A stretch of DNA of 64,000 nt from Octopus vulgaris. Taxonomy: Eukaryota. The stretch lies in the NCBI GenBank assembly GCA_951406725.2, contig OX597816.1, forward strand, positions 143,716,001 to 143,780,000, read 5' to 3'. The position numbers and the translations under genes are program-made. Below, one piece after another: positions 49,732 to 63,957 of the stretch; the stretch's first letter is position 1; every line of letters begins with the position of its first letter. The notes under the pieces are model-generated. The model saw nothing but the letters and a program-made list of their open reading frames with translations. It ran no database searches and was not told the DNA's origin.

Positions 49732-51286
49732 TTCTATTAAATATATACGTTTTATTTATTATTTTGTACATTACTTAATCATTGTTATATGTTTTATCTT
49801 ATATTTAATCTTTCTATAATATGTAATTTTTCTAAATAGTATAATTTAATTTTTCATAATTGAATTGATAAAAGGTAGTTTTTCCTAATTTATATATATA
49901 TTATATCGTATTTATGTATGTTTAAATGATTATATATATATATAGTATTGTTTTACTTTCATATATGTGTGTGTGTGTGCGCGCGTGTAATTGTAAATTC
50001 CGTTGTATTAAACACAGAATTACAACAAAGAAAAAAATATGGAAAAACATGTGCCCTTTTTCTTTGCCATGGGTCATTGGGAAATCTCGAGAGACAGTTA
50101 TTCATAAATTCTACTGCAGATATCAGATACTTTGGTTCTTGCTGCCCAAATGTAAATACTGTATGGCCGACACATGCCCCAATATTAACTCCATATTTCT
50201 AGATCGTCACGACTTGGTCACTATCTCCACAAAGTCTTAGAAAATGAAAAAAAAAATGTCATGTGGTTTTCTAATTTATGAGTATAGTAACCAAAAGATT
50301 TAACATTCACATCACACAAAATCGTATTGAATAAAAGAGAATAAAGAAAAGTAGCAGAGACTACACACACTCATGCAGATACATATACACTCACACACAA
50401 ACACATACGATCATACAAAATAAGGATTGTCAAAGCATGAACAATTAATCTACACAGCTGTAGAGTGCTCACCTTCTGGTATTGGATATTCTGTGCTTTT
50501 CATTGCCAATAAACACTCCTAGAACTTTAAGCGAACAGAGTTAAAGAGGCCGTATAACTTCGCTGTTATTCACGCATAAAGACCTAAATTACGCGTTGCA
50601 TAATTTTATGTGAAATTTGTATGACAACATGCGCACGCACACATACACTAAACACACATACGCTAAATACACACACACATACACACATACAAATACGTTT
50701 TATATGTATACAAAGAACGATGACTGAATAAAAAAATCTAGAATGTGCTGGGTCTAACATTTATTATAACACGGTGCCTTCGAAGTTTCAACGGGCATGT
50801 GGTTTATTCAAACTAGTTAGTTTCAATAAGCTACATATACGACAAAGCCTCGTAGTCACTGTTTATAACATAATACATGCACACATGTGTATGACGAATT
50901 ATAAAGCGAAAGAAAGTACGACTTGCTTTGTAAGCGCCGCCATCTTATTTAATTTAAATAAGGTATATATTCCCTCACACCTTCCTCTTACAATACGATC
51001 ACACTACACACTGTCCTCCCGCAACCCACTATCCCACCCTACTAACCTCTCATACTTGCACTCCTCCAGACACCTCCACCTCCGCAAGAAATCACATGCA
51101 CTTTACACCACACCCACGCACATACTCCTTCTACTATACCCACCTCTATACCCATTTATACATGCACACACTACCCTCCTCTTCCGTTTTTCCTAACTCC
51201 TCCCCATAGGACCACATTCCTACCTGACCTGAAAACCTTTTATTTTTATTCTCATCAGTTTTCATCCTCTTTTTCTCAATTTCTTC

Positions 51287-51324
51287 TTTTTCTGATGAAG
51301 GAGTGGCATCCGAAACGTCAAAGA
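51287..51324 (+). ncRNA. Minimal type I hammerhead ribozyme
   Basis: TTTTT-CTGATGA-A-GGA-gtggca-TCC-GAAA-CG-TC-AAAGA; stem III is reduced to the palindrome ACGT. Confidence 0.65.
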
Positions 51325-51411
51325 GTATTTCCCTTCCGTTTAAGCTTTAAAATAATAACATTTTTGTTGAAACTTATTCTACTTGTTTTGTCATCTATTT
51401 TGCTAATTACC

Positions 51412-51456
<45 letters not shown>

Positions 51457-51944
51457 CACACACACACACACTCTCACACACAGATGTATATGTATAGACA
51501 CATATGTATAGAGTCGCTAAAACGGAGGATGATCTATGATACTTGTTCCAGGTCTCTGCGTCCGAGCTCGAATTCCGTCGATTTAACTTTATCTTTAATT
51601 CTTTCGGAGTTGATAAATGAAGTGCCAGTTCAGTGTTGTGAATCGGCTAAATTTTTAGAATGTTGGAAGAGATGGCATGCCACATATGTTTCAACTCATC
51701 TAGTTGAAATTTTACCAAAAGATTTAAATCCTGTGGTGGCCACCGTTGTTCTCTGAACAAGACCAGGTGCCGCGCAGAGGGACTGATGTCGAAATCATGT
51801 GGTTTCAGGATCAGTCCCTCTGCACGGTACCTTCTACTATGGCCTCAGACCGACCAACGTCCGTGACGGAAACTGTGTGAAGCCTGTCATATATTATATA
51901 TGTATATACACACATACATACGTTTGTGTGTGTGTATCTATCTA

Positions 51945-51989
<45 letters not shown>

Positions 51990-52254
51990 ATGTATGTATG
52001 TATGTATGTGCGTGTGTGTGTACGTGTGTGTGTTTGCGTGTGTACGTTTATATAATTGCGATTACATACTTACGCTATGGTCACGTACAACCACGCAATA
52101 GCACTAATTGTATTTAAGCAACCTTGCATATTCCTTTTCTTGTGAAGGTCGAATGAGATATGAGTCATAGTCTTAGAAAACAAGTTTTCGTTTTGCTTAA
52201 TCACGTCTCCCCGTTCTTCTCTGTTTCCCATAGCCCCCTTTCCTTCTTCCCTTC

Positions 52255-52337
<83 letters not shown>

Positions 52338-52559
52338 ATCTATCTGTCTATCTATCGACCTGCTTTACTGTCTATCTGTCTACATTTTTCATACACACAA
52401 ATACACACATATATACACATGTATATGAGAAAGAAAAAGTAAGAAAGGAAGAAAGAGAGAGTGTTAGATATGTGTGTATAAATTTACAAGAAAGGACACA
52501 AATATGACACGCTTAGAGGACGAATAATTACAATATTTAACAAACTTGGCTTTTAGATG

Positions 52560-52850
52560 GCAGAGCAATTATTACAACTTTTAAGGTCTTAGATGTTACG
52601 CTTAAACTGAACGCAAAATCGCTTGTTATTTGAAAAACTAAAGAACAACTCGTATTACATTTGCGTCCTATCGACTGTCCAAACGTCATCAAGCAGGTTC
52701 CAATGAACATCAGCGAAAGGATAGTCACCCTTAACGGAATTGAGTACTTGATCCACATAGAACATTGGTGCAGAAACATGAGTTGCAAAATCTTTTCCAG
52801 ACAGACACAACTGCCATAAATTGTTCAACAAAACAGCATCATAGAAGGGG
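52560..52850 (+). mobile_element. Penelope-like element reverse transcriptase relic (RT C-terminus / thumb)
   Basis: VLDVTLKLN...*...PNVIKQVPMNISERIVTL, then after a frameshift NIG...KSFPDRHNCHKLFNK. Resembles PLE motifs FLDVTLDL / HPPxIxKQIPxxISxRI / NIGxxFLxLIxKHFPxxHxLHKIFN recalled from family knowledge. Confidence 0.6.
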
Positions 52851-52980
52851 CACAGATGCATAAAATCTTATAGGAACTGTTGAATAAGGCACAAGTACAG
52901 AAGAAATAATTAAAGTCATGTGACTTCTGTTTCATGGAGGAGCTCTACATCATCCGTGATCCCATACCGATCTTTTAAAA

Positions 52981-53020
<40 letters not shown>

Positions 53021-53099
53021 GAGTGAGAGAGTAGTGCATGCCATCAAAATGACACTGGGGTAAAATATACGAAGCCTAGTATACCCATCATGACTACCC

Positions 53100-54118
53100 G
53101 TCTGTGTGTATCGGCATATCCCAGAGTATGGTTGCTTTCTCGTTTTCTGTGACCTTTTCTGGTGTGTGCCTATACCATCTTTTTTCTGTTGTTATTCCAT
53201 AATGTTGGCATAGCTTCCAGTGTATGTTGGTTCCAACTCTGTCATGTCTGTGAATATATTCCTTCTTAGCCAGGACTGGGCAGCCAGAGATAATATGATT
53301 TATTGTTTCTTGTCCATCTCCACATATTCTGCAGTTACTTGTTATATTTCTTTTCATTACATGTTTTTGGTCATTTCTGGTGGGGAGGCTTTGGTCTTGT
53401 GCTGCAATTAAAAATCCCTCTGTCTCTGCTTTGAGTCCTGAGCTTCTCAACCATTGCTGGGATTTTTCTTTGTCCAGTATTTACCATGAAGGGGCTTTTC
53501 TTACCATCGTTTTATCATGGATCTTTGCTGTTCTAGTTTTAGTTTGGATTTCATTTGTTTTATAGCTTTTGTTGTTTCTTCTTCTTCTTCTTGTTCTTCT
53601 TGTTCTTGTTCTTGTTCTTCTTCTTGTTCTTCTTGTTCTTGTTGTTGTTGTTGTTGTTGTTGTTCTTGTTCTTCTTCTTCTTCTTCTTGTTCTTCTTCTT
53701 CTTCTTCTTGTTCTTCATGTTCTTCTTGTTGTTGTTGTTGTTCTTCTTCTTCTTCTTCTTCTTCTTCTTCTTCTTCTTCTTCTTCTTCTTCTTCTTCTTC
53801 TTCTTCTTCTTCTTCTTCTTCATATTTATTAGGTGGTATGATTTCTTGCTTGTATTTGTCAGCTTCCTTAAATACTGAGAACAGTTTTTTGTTTTGCTCG
53901 TGTTTTGCCGCTATTTGTATCAGTTTTCCTTCCTTCTGAAGTAGATATTTTTGCACTCCTATGGTGGTTATTTTAGAGTAGTTTTCCAGCTGTATAAGGC
54001 CTCTACCACCTTCTATACGTTGTATATATAGTCTTTCTATGTCAGATTTTGGGTGATGCATCCTAGATGCATCCTAGATCCTGTCATTATTTTTCTTATT
54101 TTCCTACCTATTTTGGTC
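53100..54118 (-). mobile_element. R4/Dong-clade non-LTR retrotransposon internal fragment with an in-frame (GAA/CAA)n expansion
   Basis: HHPKSDIERLY...GGRGL, ETEGFLIAAQDQ, CRIC...ETINHIISGC (CCHC finger), RHDRVG, ILWDMPIHTD. Confidence 0.9.
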
Positions 54119-54620
54119 AGAGTGAGAGAGCAGTGCATGCCATCAAAATGACACTGGGGTAAAATATACAAAGCCTAGTATACCCATCATGACTATGCAT
54201 CACATGCATCACAACTATATGTGCGCGACATGGTGATCTCATATCAAGATAAACAGCGCATGACCTTGTAGGTGGGGCCCAGTTAGAATTTTCTTCAGAT
54301 CGAGTAGCCCATCCCGCTCAAGAGGTCCCTGAAAAGGGTGTGTTTAAGGATGTTGAGAAAACACCCATGTTTCCAAAGGTGAATTATCCAAACCCCAAAG
54401 AATTCCTCTCAACACATAGTTATGATGCTCCCCCACTACTTCTGCTCGCGATCAGAGACTCACATATCGTCAGCCTCTAAGGGACATGCTCAACTGGTTA
54501 AGGTCAAGCAAATCTGTAGTTTTGAGCAGAATATTTAATGTAGCCTATCTTTTATACCAAGACGAAACAATGTACATGATAACACTTCCAATCAGTTAAG
54601 ATTATTATTATTATTATTAT

Positions 54621-54933
<313 letters not shown>

Positions 54934-55614
54934 CATCATTATTATTATTATTAATTATTATTATTATTATTACAAATACATTCATACAATATTGATCAAA
55001 TAATTAATTTTTGAGTTGGAAAATGTTTTTCATCTGGTGATAAGTATTTTCTTTTTTTTTTTAGCTTTTTTGTTATTATGGTCGCTCATTAAGTCAGTCT
55101 GAGTGTTACTTTTTCTTGTTGATTGTTTATTTTGTTTTATTTCTGTAGGTCTTCTTATTTAACATCTTCATAGTTATATTTTTCTTATCATTTATATCTT
55201 TACTGATAAAGGTTTTACATTAGTATTTTCTATACATTTGATCTGTTCGTTATAGCTTCTGTGTAGAGCTTCATTATATACACAAATATACAAATACATA
55301 CGTATATATATACGCATATACACCCCCCCTACCTACACATGTTCATATATACATATAAACCAGTATGATCTCAAGCTCAAATGTATAGCCTCCTCATCAG
55401 ACTGTGGCCGATGTAGAGAATATGCAAATGCCTTAGTCCTGCAGTAGGAAGAACAAGGGCAATCCAATCCAATCCATATACATATATGTATATATGTACA
55501 TATATAAATAAATAAACAAATATATATACATACACATAATATATAGATATATTTATATTTGTGCGTATATTTACACACACACATACATACACACATACAC
55601 ATGCACATCTTTCA

Positions 55615-55831
55615 TCTTTTACTTCTTTCATTCATTTGACAGCGGCGATGCTGAAGAACCACACTTTGAGTGGCTTAGTCAGATGGCTCAACACTAGTAC
55701 GTATTTTTTTAAAGCCTTGTAATTATTTTTATCGGATTCTTTTACCGAACCGCTATGTAGCGGTATGAAAATAAGCCAACACCGGTTTCAAGCAGTGGGG
55801 GAAGAAACACTTCGCACCACACAGACACAAC

Positions 55832-55884
<53 letters not shown>

Positions 55885-56010
55885 ACACATACAAGCACAT
55901 ATATGTATGCATATATATACGCCAGGCTTCTTTCAGTTTCCGTCTACCAAATCAGTTCACAAGATTTCAATCAGACCGAAATATGTGGTTGGGAAGCAGA
56001 CTTCTTATCA
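55615..56010 (-). mobile_element. Decayed SINE family A
   Basis: GGCTTCTTTCAGTTTCCGTCTACCAAAT and tail remnants. Confidence 0.65.
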
Positions 56011-57072
56011 CATTGCCTCGCCAGCGCCTTGAAATAGCGCCTTTGACGAGTTTGCGTGTCATTCTTGCGCAGAGGCCATGCCAATTTTCTCTGCATCATT
56101 CCAGCCGAAGCAATACATATGCAAATATATCTATACATTTAAAATACTCACAGATATTTTTAGATACGTAAAGGTCTCAGAACGAGGAATGGGAGGTAGC
56201 TTTTTGGTCCCCTATCAAACGCCTGACCCTTTCACTTGTATCGCTAACTCTTTGATAAAAGCACAAAATGAAATGAAACCGGTTTGTAATTGCCGAGATC
56301 TTTTACGTCGTTAACAGTGTATATGTATAAAGAACTAATGATTTACAATAGATGAATTCTAGAAATAGCTGCTGAGAGGTCAGATACCCTCAAAGTCACC
56401 ACTATAATCATGATAAAGGGCAGATTGAGCGCGCCAAGAAATACAAAAATATAGTCGAAATGCTTTTGATCTCAAAAGATTGTTCAACCAGAGATATAGG
56501 TCTAAATAACATCAATAACTAACTGTATGGAAAATCCAAACTATTCCATAATATATTCATTATCCATATTTTAGGCAGGACGGAAATAATCTTAATGCTA
56601 TAGATTACATTTTCACATCTAACATTTAATTCCCAAACATTTGGCTGTCAGATTGATAATTGCAACTGGTGGGTACGATCAAGTTATCCTGAAATGTTAG
56701 CTAAATGCTGAAAGCTATTTCCAACCGCAGTCACGTTAAAATAAATATTCTTAGTGTTGTTAGTATGCTTCATAATCCAACGGATTGTTGTCATTAGAAG
56801 GGGTTTCTTTCTCATACAACATATCTTATGTAAGTCAACCGAATGGGTAAGGAACCCTCTCCCCTGCAAAAAAGCAACCAACGGCATGAGTTGAATTTCT
56901 AACACTAAGCTAATAAAACATTCGTTGACTTTTGGGGATTTTATCATTTGCAGGTTATGAAGAACAGACTTCTCGACACTATTCACTCAACACATTGCCA
57001 TTCTACTCTACGAAATGAATATGAAATGAAGTACTGAATTCACATTTCAACATTTTTGGACGAAATTACTGT

Positions 57073-57150
<78 letters not shown>

Positions 57151-58179
57151 GTGATGATGATGATGATGATGATCTATGTATGTATGTTGAAAGTCATTAC
57201 GTTTGCATTTATAATTAATTTTGTATATCTATTTTATACAGTATATCTATATCTGCTTTAAATATCTTGTTTTCTACAAGAAATGATTTTACTAAATCCA
57301 TGTATTCATGTTACTTTTGCAAAAGACATAAAAAAAGGAATAGGTTTTGCTATTAATTTTCCTCAGCTATAAGTAGGTTACACTGTATACACATCTAGAG
57401 CAAGTCTCTTTTCATTTATTACAAGGACACAGTCTTTAAGTAACTTCTGACATCAAATAGCAGTTAAAAATTACTGTCTCGGAAAAAAATTAAAATAAAA
57501 TGCCCGAGACATTTACAAACGTATGCCTTGTATTGTATGAGGTGAGAATCGCTTTCATTTGGCGAAGTTTCTCGTCAGGAATTAGACACACTACTTACTG
57601 TGCACTGTAAATTTGTTCACAGCATAGTTTAGCAATCACGAAATATTTACGATTCACTGAAAGCTGAAACTCCCGAATCAAATAAAGAAAATTGTTGTTA
57701 GCTTCGTTACTGCTGTAGCCGTTGTGGTTGCTGTTGTGATGGCTATTACTCTTGTTGCTGATGCAGAAGAATGCCATCCTTTGTTGATGACAAGTTTGCC
57801 AAGCGATAAACTATGAACACAGAGAAACGCACTGGTCAGGGTTTCTGGTCTAGATAAGAAAGCACAGTAAACAAGCATAGGACATTTGATTCAACCAACG
57901 CAACGCTATCAAAATATACCATTGCATGCAATAGTATCAAACGATAAATGATGTAGATAATTTGTTTTTAAAATTTTATTTCATGGCTGCTCTGGAAATT
58001 AAGTTGACTCAAACAAGAAATTGAACTGTTGTTCCATCGTCGTCATCACCGATGTTTACGTCATTAGGTGCGAGATAAGACGGTAGTCTTTATGTGGTCG
58101 CTTCAACTGCTAGTGATAGCACACACGTTGCAGCTCGGAAAAAAGTAAGTTTAAAATGAATTTAAATCACAATGCCACC

Positions 58180-58256
<77 letters not shown>

Positions 58257-58317
58257 CGTGCGTGTGTGTGTTATGTTTATGTATGTATATGTGTGTAAGT
58301 GTGTATATTAACCATAT

Positions 58318-58990
58318 TTTACCTATAAAAGTTATTTTAACGTACCGATCTACTTGGTGAAATTATTAATTAATTGAGTGATTAATTAATTAATTTAATT
58401 GATAAATTTTACCGTTTTATTATTAATTTAAAATTATAATTTACTCCATGATAGAATACTGCAGTTTTTCTGCGGTACTGTTCGTAGCATACACGTGGGT
58501 ATAGGGGTTGAATAGTGTATTCACATTCGGCTCTGTCAATTTTGGAAGTGTTGGTTGGATATCTGTTACATGATGTCGCTCGATCGTGTGCATATTTAAC
58601 CCTAGCACTTTCAAATTTTATAATTGGAAATACGATACTGAAGAGAGAAGTAAGTAAATTTGAAAACACTTTAATCTCGAAACGCGTATATAGTTAATCC
58701 TGGTCGTGTTGGTTCATTGTTTTTCTCTTTATTTTCGTAAAACAGTATGTTACCGTCCTGGAGATTCTTATAGTAGTAGAAAAGGAATTTTAACTCCTAT
58801 TTCTAAATTCGGTATGTGGTAAAGCAATTAGCTGAACCCTAATTATAATTATGTTTATAATTATAAAATATTTGTATAAATTTACCTATAAAGGTTATTT
58901 TAACGTACCGATCTACTTGGTGAAATTATTAATTGATTGATTAATTAATTAATTTAATTGATAAATTTTACCCTTTTATTATCAATTTAA
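58318..58990 (+). mobile_element. 1.2-mer of a 563-bp hammerhead-containing unit (terminal direct repeats ~110 bp)
   Basis: 58318-58430 is repeated at 58881-58990; hammerhead between them. Confidence 0.8.
58632..58694 (+). ncRNA. Type I hammerhead ribozyme (563-bp family)
   Basis: ACGATA-CTGAAGA-GAGA...TCTC-GAAA-CGCG-TA-TATAGT (one stem I mismatch). Confidence 0.75.
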
Positions 58991-58999
58991 TATATATGG

Positions 59000-60279
59000 T
59001 GGTTGTCTACTCCTTATGCAAAGTCTGAGCGCATCCTGTACCTACAACGTCTGATGTGGCATTTTAAACCAGACAATGTATTGAAAAGACACCCACATAG
59101 ACTACATATCCGATTTTGACCACCAAGAGTTGCAGTTAAGTTCTGATCTTTGTTGATCTCAAAATGCCTTTTGAGGCCTCCGTTAGATTTGCAGACCTTA
59201 TGGCATTGAAAGGTATGCACAGACATATAGACAGAATAGTTGGTGGAGGTTCGTTTTTCATGGGTCCGCAAATTAGATTTTAGCCCAGCAAAAGGAAGAC
59301 AGTCTGTCACAAACTGTGCACACAAAAAGGTCATTGTGATTCACCTTCTCGATCGTAACATCCTTCTTTAAATCTCTCTTGAGTCTTGCATGCATTACCC
59401 TGGCCTCTTCACTGTACTCCACACTTTTGTTCGCCATCCAGCTCGATCCGAAGCAAGGGTTTCTATGCCCCCTGGATCCATTCCAAATGATTGCATGGTA
59501 GTCCTTATGCCGTCCTTAAACCTCTTTTTATGTTTACACCTGTAGCGTTTCCCCTCTGCAAGCTCACCATAAAATAGCTGTTTAGGTGTGCGTTCATCCG
59601 CCATTCGAACAATATGGCCAGATCCTCACATTTGGTATTTCAGAATCATTGCTTTAATTGAAGTGATGCCTACAGACGCAAGGACATCTGTGTTGGGAGT
59701 AAAAGAACTCCATTTAATGTTTAAAATGCGATGAAGGCATTTTTGGTAGAATTGTTCTAACAATTTGAAATGTCTTTCATAACATTGTGTTTCAGAAGAG
59801 TACAACAGGGATAGTAAGACAAACGATATGTAAAGAGCCAATTTTGTGTATTTATGTAGTTGGCACCAAACGCGTGACTCCAAACCACCAAATGCTTGTG
59901 CTGCCCTTTGAATTCCCAGATGTATTTCTGTGTCCAGATCTCCATCATTTTGTACAGAATTTCCAAGGTAGATGAAAGAATCAACAACTTCAAGTAACTT
60001 ACCGTAACAAAAATTTTAGGTGGGGATGCAGACAGCACCACATGCAGGTTGACACATTAAAATTGTGTTTTCAAGTTGATGCGCAAGACAAAATCATCAC
60101 AAGCTGAGTCAAGTGCAGATTCAAGAGATTGCAGACCTGTTTCAGAATGACTGACTAGATCGCAATCGTCAGTGTATAAGAGTTCCCTAATGAGTGAAGT
60201 AAAAACCTTCGTTTTGAATTTCAGTCTGGTCAAATTAAAAACATTTCCTGTTGTTCGATATTTTATGTAAATATCCACG
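59000..60279 (-). mobile_element. RTE-clade LINE relic with C-terminal C2H2-like fingers
   Basis: YRTTGNVFNLTRL...IRELLYTDDCDL, LEQFYQKCLHRILNIKW, MADERTPKQLFYGEL..GKR, CSLCGCLFNTLSGLKCH. Confidence 0.88.
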
Positions 60280-60845
60280 TTGTTGCCGGTTGCTCAGTCT
60301 TTGGTCTTACAAACTATAAGACCAGGCATGATCGTGTTGGTCAACACTTACACTGGAGCGTATGTCATCACTATGATATTCCGCACCCTAAAACCTGGTA
60401 TGAACACCATCCAGAGCCAGTCACTGAGGGAGAGAATATTATCATCCTATGGAATTAAGGGATACACATAGACAGGCAAATAAATGCTAACCGATCAGAC
60501 ATCGTCACCAAGGACCTAAGACAAAAAATATGCCTGTTAATTGATATGACAGTGCCTACAACTCAGTAAAGGAATTTGAAAACTGTCGGAATATAAGAAT
60601 CTTGAGATTGAGATATCTAGGACGTGGAAATTAAAAGCCAAAACCATCCTAGAAATGATCAAGAAAGGTAGTAACAAATTTTTTGACCAGGTTAGATCCC
60701 TGGGAAACCAACAATCTATGATACTCAATAAAGTGAGTTGTCATCAACCGCCCACATTCCCAGGAAGTTTTTCTCCGTCTAATATACGTGCCTTAGGTCC
60801 CCGGTTGAGACCCGGCTGGAAGATGGAATAAAATGCAAATCAATC

Positions 60846-60860
<15 letters not shown>
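60280..60860 (+). mobile_element. R4/Dong-clade 3' relic
   Basis: VAGCSV...YKTRHDRVGQHLHW...WYEHHPEPVTEGENIIILWN, ANRSDIV...LIDMTVP; ends in (TAA)n. Confidence 0.8.
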
Positions 60861-60884
<24 letters not shown>

Positions 60885-60909
60885 TAATAATAATAATAAT
60901 GATAATAAT

Positions 60910-61115
60910 ACAAAGTAAAATACATGGAACAAATAGGGGCTGCAGTAAGAGTGGAGCACTTGCAGAAAACAGCACTGCTTGGAACCGCTCGAATACTCCG
61001 GAAGTTGCTCGAAAAATAAGAGATGTTGCCTTAGTTCACTGGTAGTGAACAGTTGGCACCGTAGTACACCTCCAGTGTTAGAAGCTGTGCAAAGACAATA
61101 CATAATAATAATAAT
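60910..61115 (+). mobile_element. R4/Dong 3' end inserted in (TAA)n
   Basis: VEHLQKTALLGTARILRKLLEK* plus 3' UTR, with (TAA)n either side. Confidence 0.8.
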
Positions 61116-61361
61116 TTCTGATTTCGGCAAAAGGCCAACAATTTTTAGGAGAGTGACTTAGATGATATGGTGGACCTCAGTATTTGATTGGTACTTTACT
61201 TTTATCAGCACCAAAAGGGTGAAAGGTTGAACTCCATGCGATGTGAACTCAGGAAGTAAAGACCCGGAACAAATAATACAAAGCGTTTTTTCCGACGATT
61301 TAACGTTTCTCTCTCTCTCTCTCTCCTTCTCTCTCACACACACACACACATTTTATATATA

Positions 61362-61429
<68 letters not shown>

Positions 61430-62564
61430 CATGCATGCATGTATGTATGTATGTATGTATGTATGTATGTATGTATGTATGTATGCTTGTATGTATATGT
61501 GTATGTGTGTATAATGATGTATAATGCATGTGTGTGTGTGTGTGTGCACGTTTCCGTATGCAATAGCTAAAGAGAATGGCGTTGGGAACTCTGACCTAAA
61601 GTTGATTTAAAACAGCAATTAGACTTCTAATGTGTCTCCTATTCGACCTTAACGCTGAAGGAGCAATGAGTCATACAAAATGTTTTACAACTACAAATTG
61701 ACGATTCTTGGAAAATAATTTTAAACATCAAATCCGAACGCAAGTACATACAAGATAAGATGAAACATCAGTACAAAGAAACTACCATCACTAAATAATA
61801 TTATATTCTTAGAATCATTAGAGCCATTAAAAAAAAACAACAAGACACAACCTCAACTAAAGAACCCCCACCAGCCACAAAGAAACATTACAAAAAGTAA
61901 AAGAAGCAAAATAAAAAAAAAATGAAATAGGAAACAACATTTGGTTGTAGTTGCCTGCATGCTTGTTTGTTTGTGTGTGTGCTTGCATGCTTGTACACAT
62001 ACACACACACACACACACACGCACACATATAGGGTGAAAGAGAGGGGGAGGTCGGTAGCGTAGCAATGAAGATTTCCTCTTTTCCTCTTTGTTCAACGTA
62101 TTTAATCTTAACGAAGTCAAGATTGAAGCTGGAGTATTTCGTTAACAATTCATCTCAAATACTTTTCTATTTCATCGTTTTTCTTCATTTCATCCCTCAC
62201 TTTTTTTTTGTCCCACCCATCCTGCTAACTATCCGCCTCCTGCAGTGTACATTTCCTTCGAGGAACTCAACGGTAAACTAAGAATTTAGAAAATAAAATA
62301 AACAAAAAATTTCATGAAAAAAAAGGAACGATAAAAACAATAACAACAGTGAATCCAAAACATTTTTTCACTCATTCTTGACCTACCACCTACTTATATT
62401 AGCATAATTCCTTAGCAATCCCAGATCGAGCCAGCAAAAAGGGGCCCTGAACAGCTTTTCGATCTGTTAAAATAACAGTACAAAATCTTTTAAAAAATCA
62501 TACCATAAATCTTCAATTAAGAAACACATTACACAAAATAATTTCTGATATACATTGGCTTCAA

Positions 62565-63460
62565 ATATTGGCACAAGGCCAGCAGTTTCGAGTGAGTGGG
62601 CAAGTCGATTACATCGACCCCAGTGCTCAGCTGGCACTTATTTTATCGACCCCAAAATGATGAGAAGTAAATCGACCTCGGCGGAATTTGAACTCAGAAC
62701 GTAAAGACAAAATACCGATAAGTATTTTACCCGGCATGCTAACGATTCTTATTTCTATTTCTTTACTACCCAAAAGGGGCTAAACATAGAGAGTACAAAC
62801 AAGAACAGACAAACAGATTAAGTCGATTATATCGACCCCAATGCGTAACTGTTACTTATTTAATCGACTCCGAAAGGATGAAAGGCAAAGTTGACCTCGG
62901 CAGAATTTGAACTCAGAACGTAGCGACAGACGAAATACCTATTTCTTTATTACCATCAAGGGGCTAAACATAGAGAGGACAAACAAGGACAGACAAACAG
63001 ATTAAGTCGATTACATCGACCCCAGTGCGTAACTGGTACTTAATTTATCGACCCCGAAAAGATGAAAGGCAAAGTCGACCTCGGCGGAATTCGAACTCAC
63101 AACGTAACGGCAGACCAAATACCGCTAAGCATTTCGCCCGGTGTGCTAACGATTCTGCCAGCTCGTGCCCTTCTTTCTGATATACATTAAAGGATAGACT
63201 GGTTACAGCTGAAATGCCATTTTCATTATTCAGTATATTACTTAAGGAAAGCGGCGAGCTGGCAGAACGTTAACACGCCGGGTGAAATGCATAGCAGTAT
63301 TTCGTCTGTCTTTACATTCTGAGTTCAAATTCCACCGAGGTCAGCTTTGTCTTTTATCCTTTCGGGGTCGAATAATTAAGTACCAGTTGCGTACTGGGTC
63401 GACGTAATCGACTGCCCACCCCCAAAAAAATTTCGGGCCTTGTGCCTAGCGTAGAAAAGA
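62565..63460. mobile_element. SINE family B: trimeric minus copy (62565-63170) and plus copy (63245-63460) head-to-head
   Basis: Three tandem cores on minus and one on plus; two alternative tails. Confidence 0.85.
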
Positions 63461-63649
63461 GTATGTTACTAAAGACTGATCTTGGTCGAAACGTTGAACA
63501 ACTCCAATACTGAAATTTTAGAAGTAAAATGACTGATTAAATTAGAATTTCACTAGAATTTCATATGTTGTTGGTTCGAATAGACCGCTGGCGTTTCGTT
63601 GGGTTTCAGGACAAAATACTTCGCTCTCAGTTGCTTAAGTTCACCGCCT

Positions 63650-63787
63650 TGAAAATTTTTTAGTCAAATGAGTCGACCCCAGTACTTATATTTTAAGTCT
63701 GGTACATATTTTATCAGTACTTCTGCCGAACTGCAAGGTTATGGGGGCGTAAACACACCAACATCGGTTGTCAAACGCTGGTGGGGA

Positions 63788-63839
<52 letters not shown>

Positions 63840-63957
63840 CACATTGGATTTGGTCTGCCCGAGGCCATAGCAGAACACTTACCGAAGGTGCCACGCAGTG
63901 GAACTGATCTGGGAATCATGTGTTTGGAAAGCAAATTTCTTACCATATAGCTATGCC
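63650..63957 (-). mobile_element. SINE family A, decayed
   Basis: CCCGAGGCCATAGCAGAACACTT...GGTGCCACGCAGTGGAACTGA. Confidence 0.75.

Noticed and set aside
53501-54061. Acidic poly-E/Q host protein
   Set aside because: Trinucleotide expansion within a dead R4/Dong ORF.
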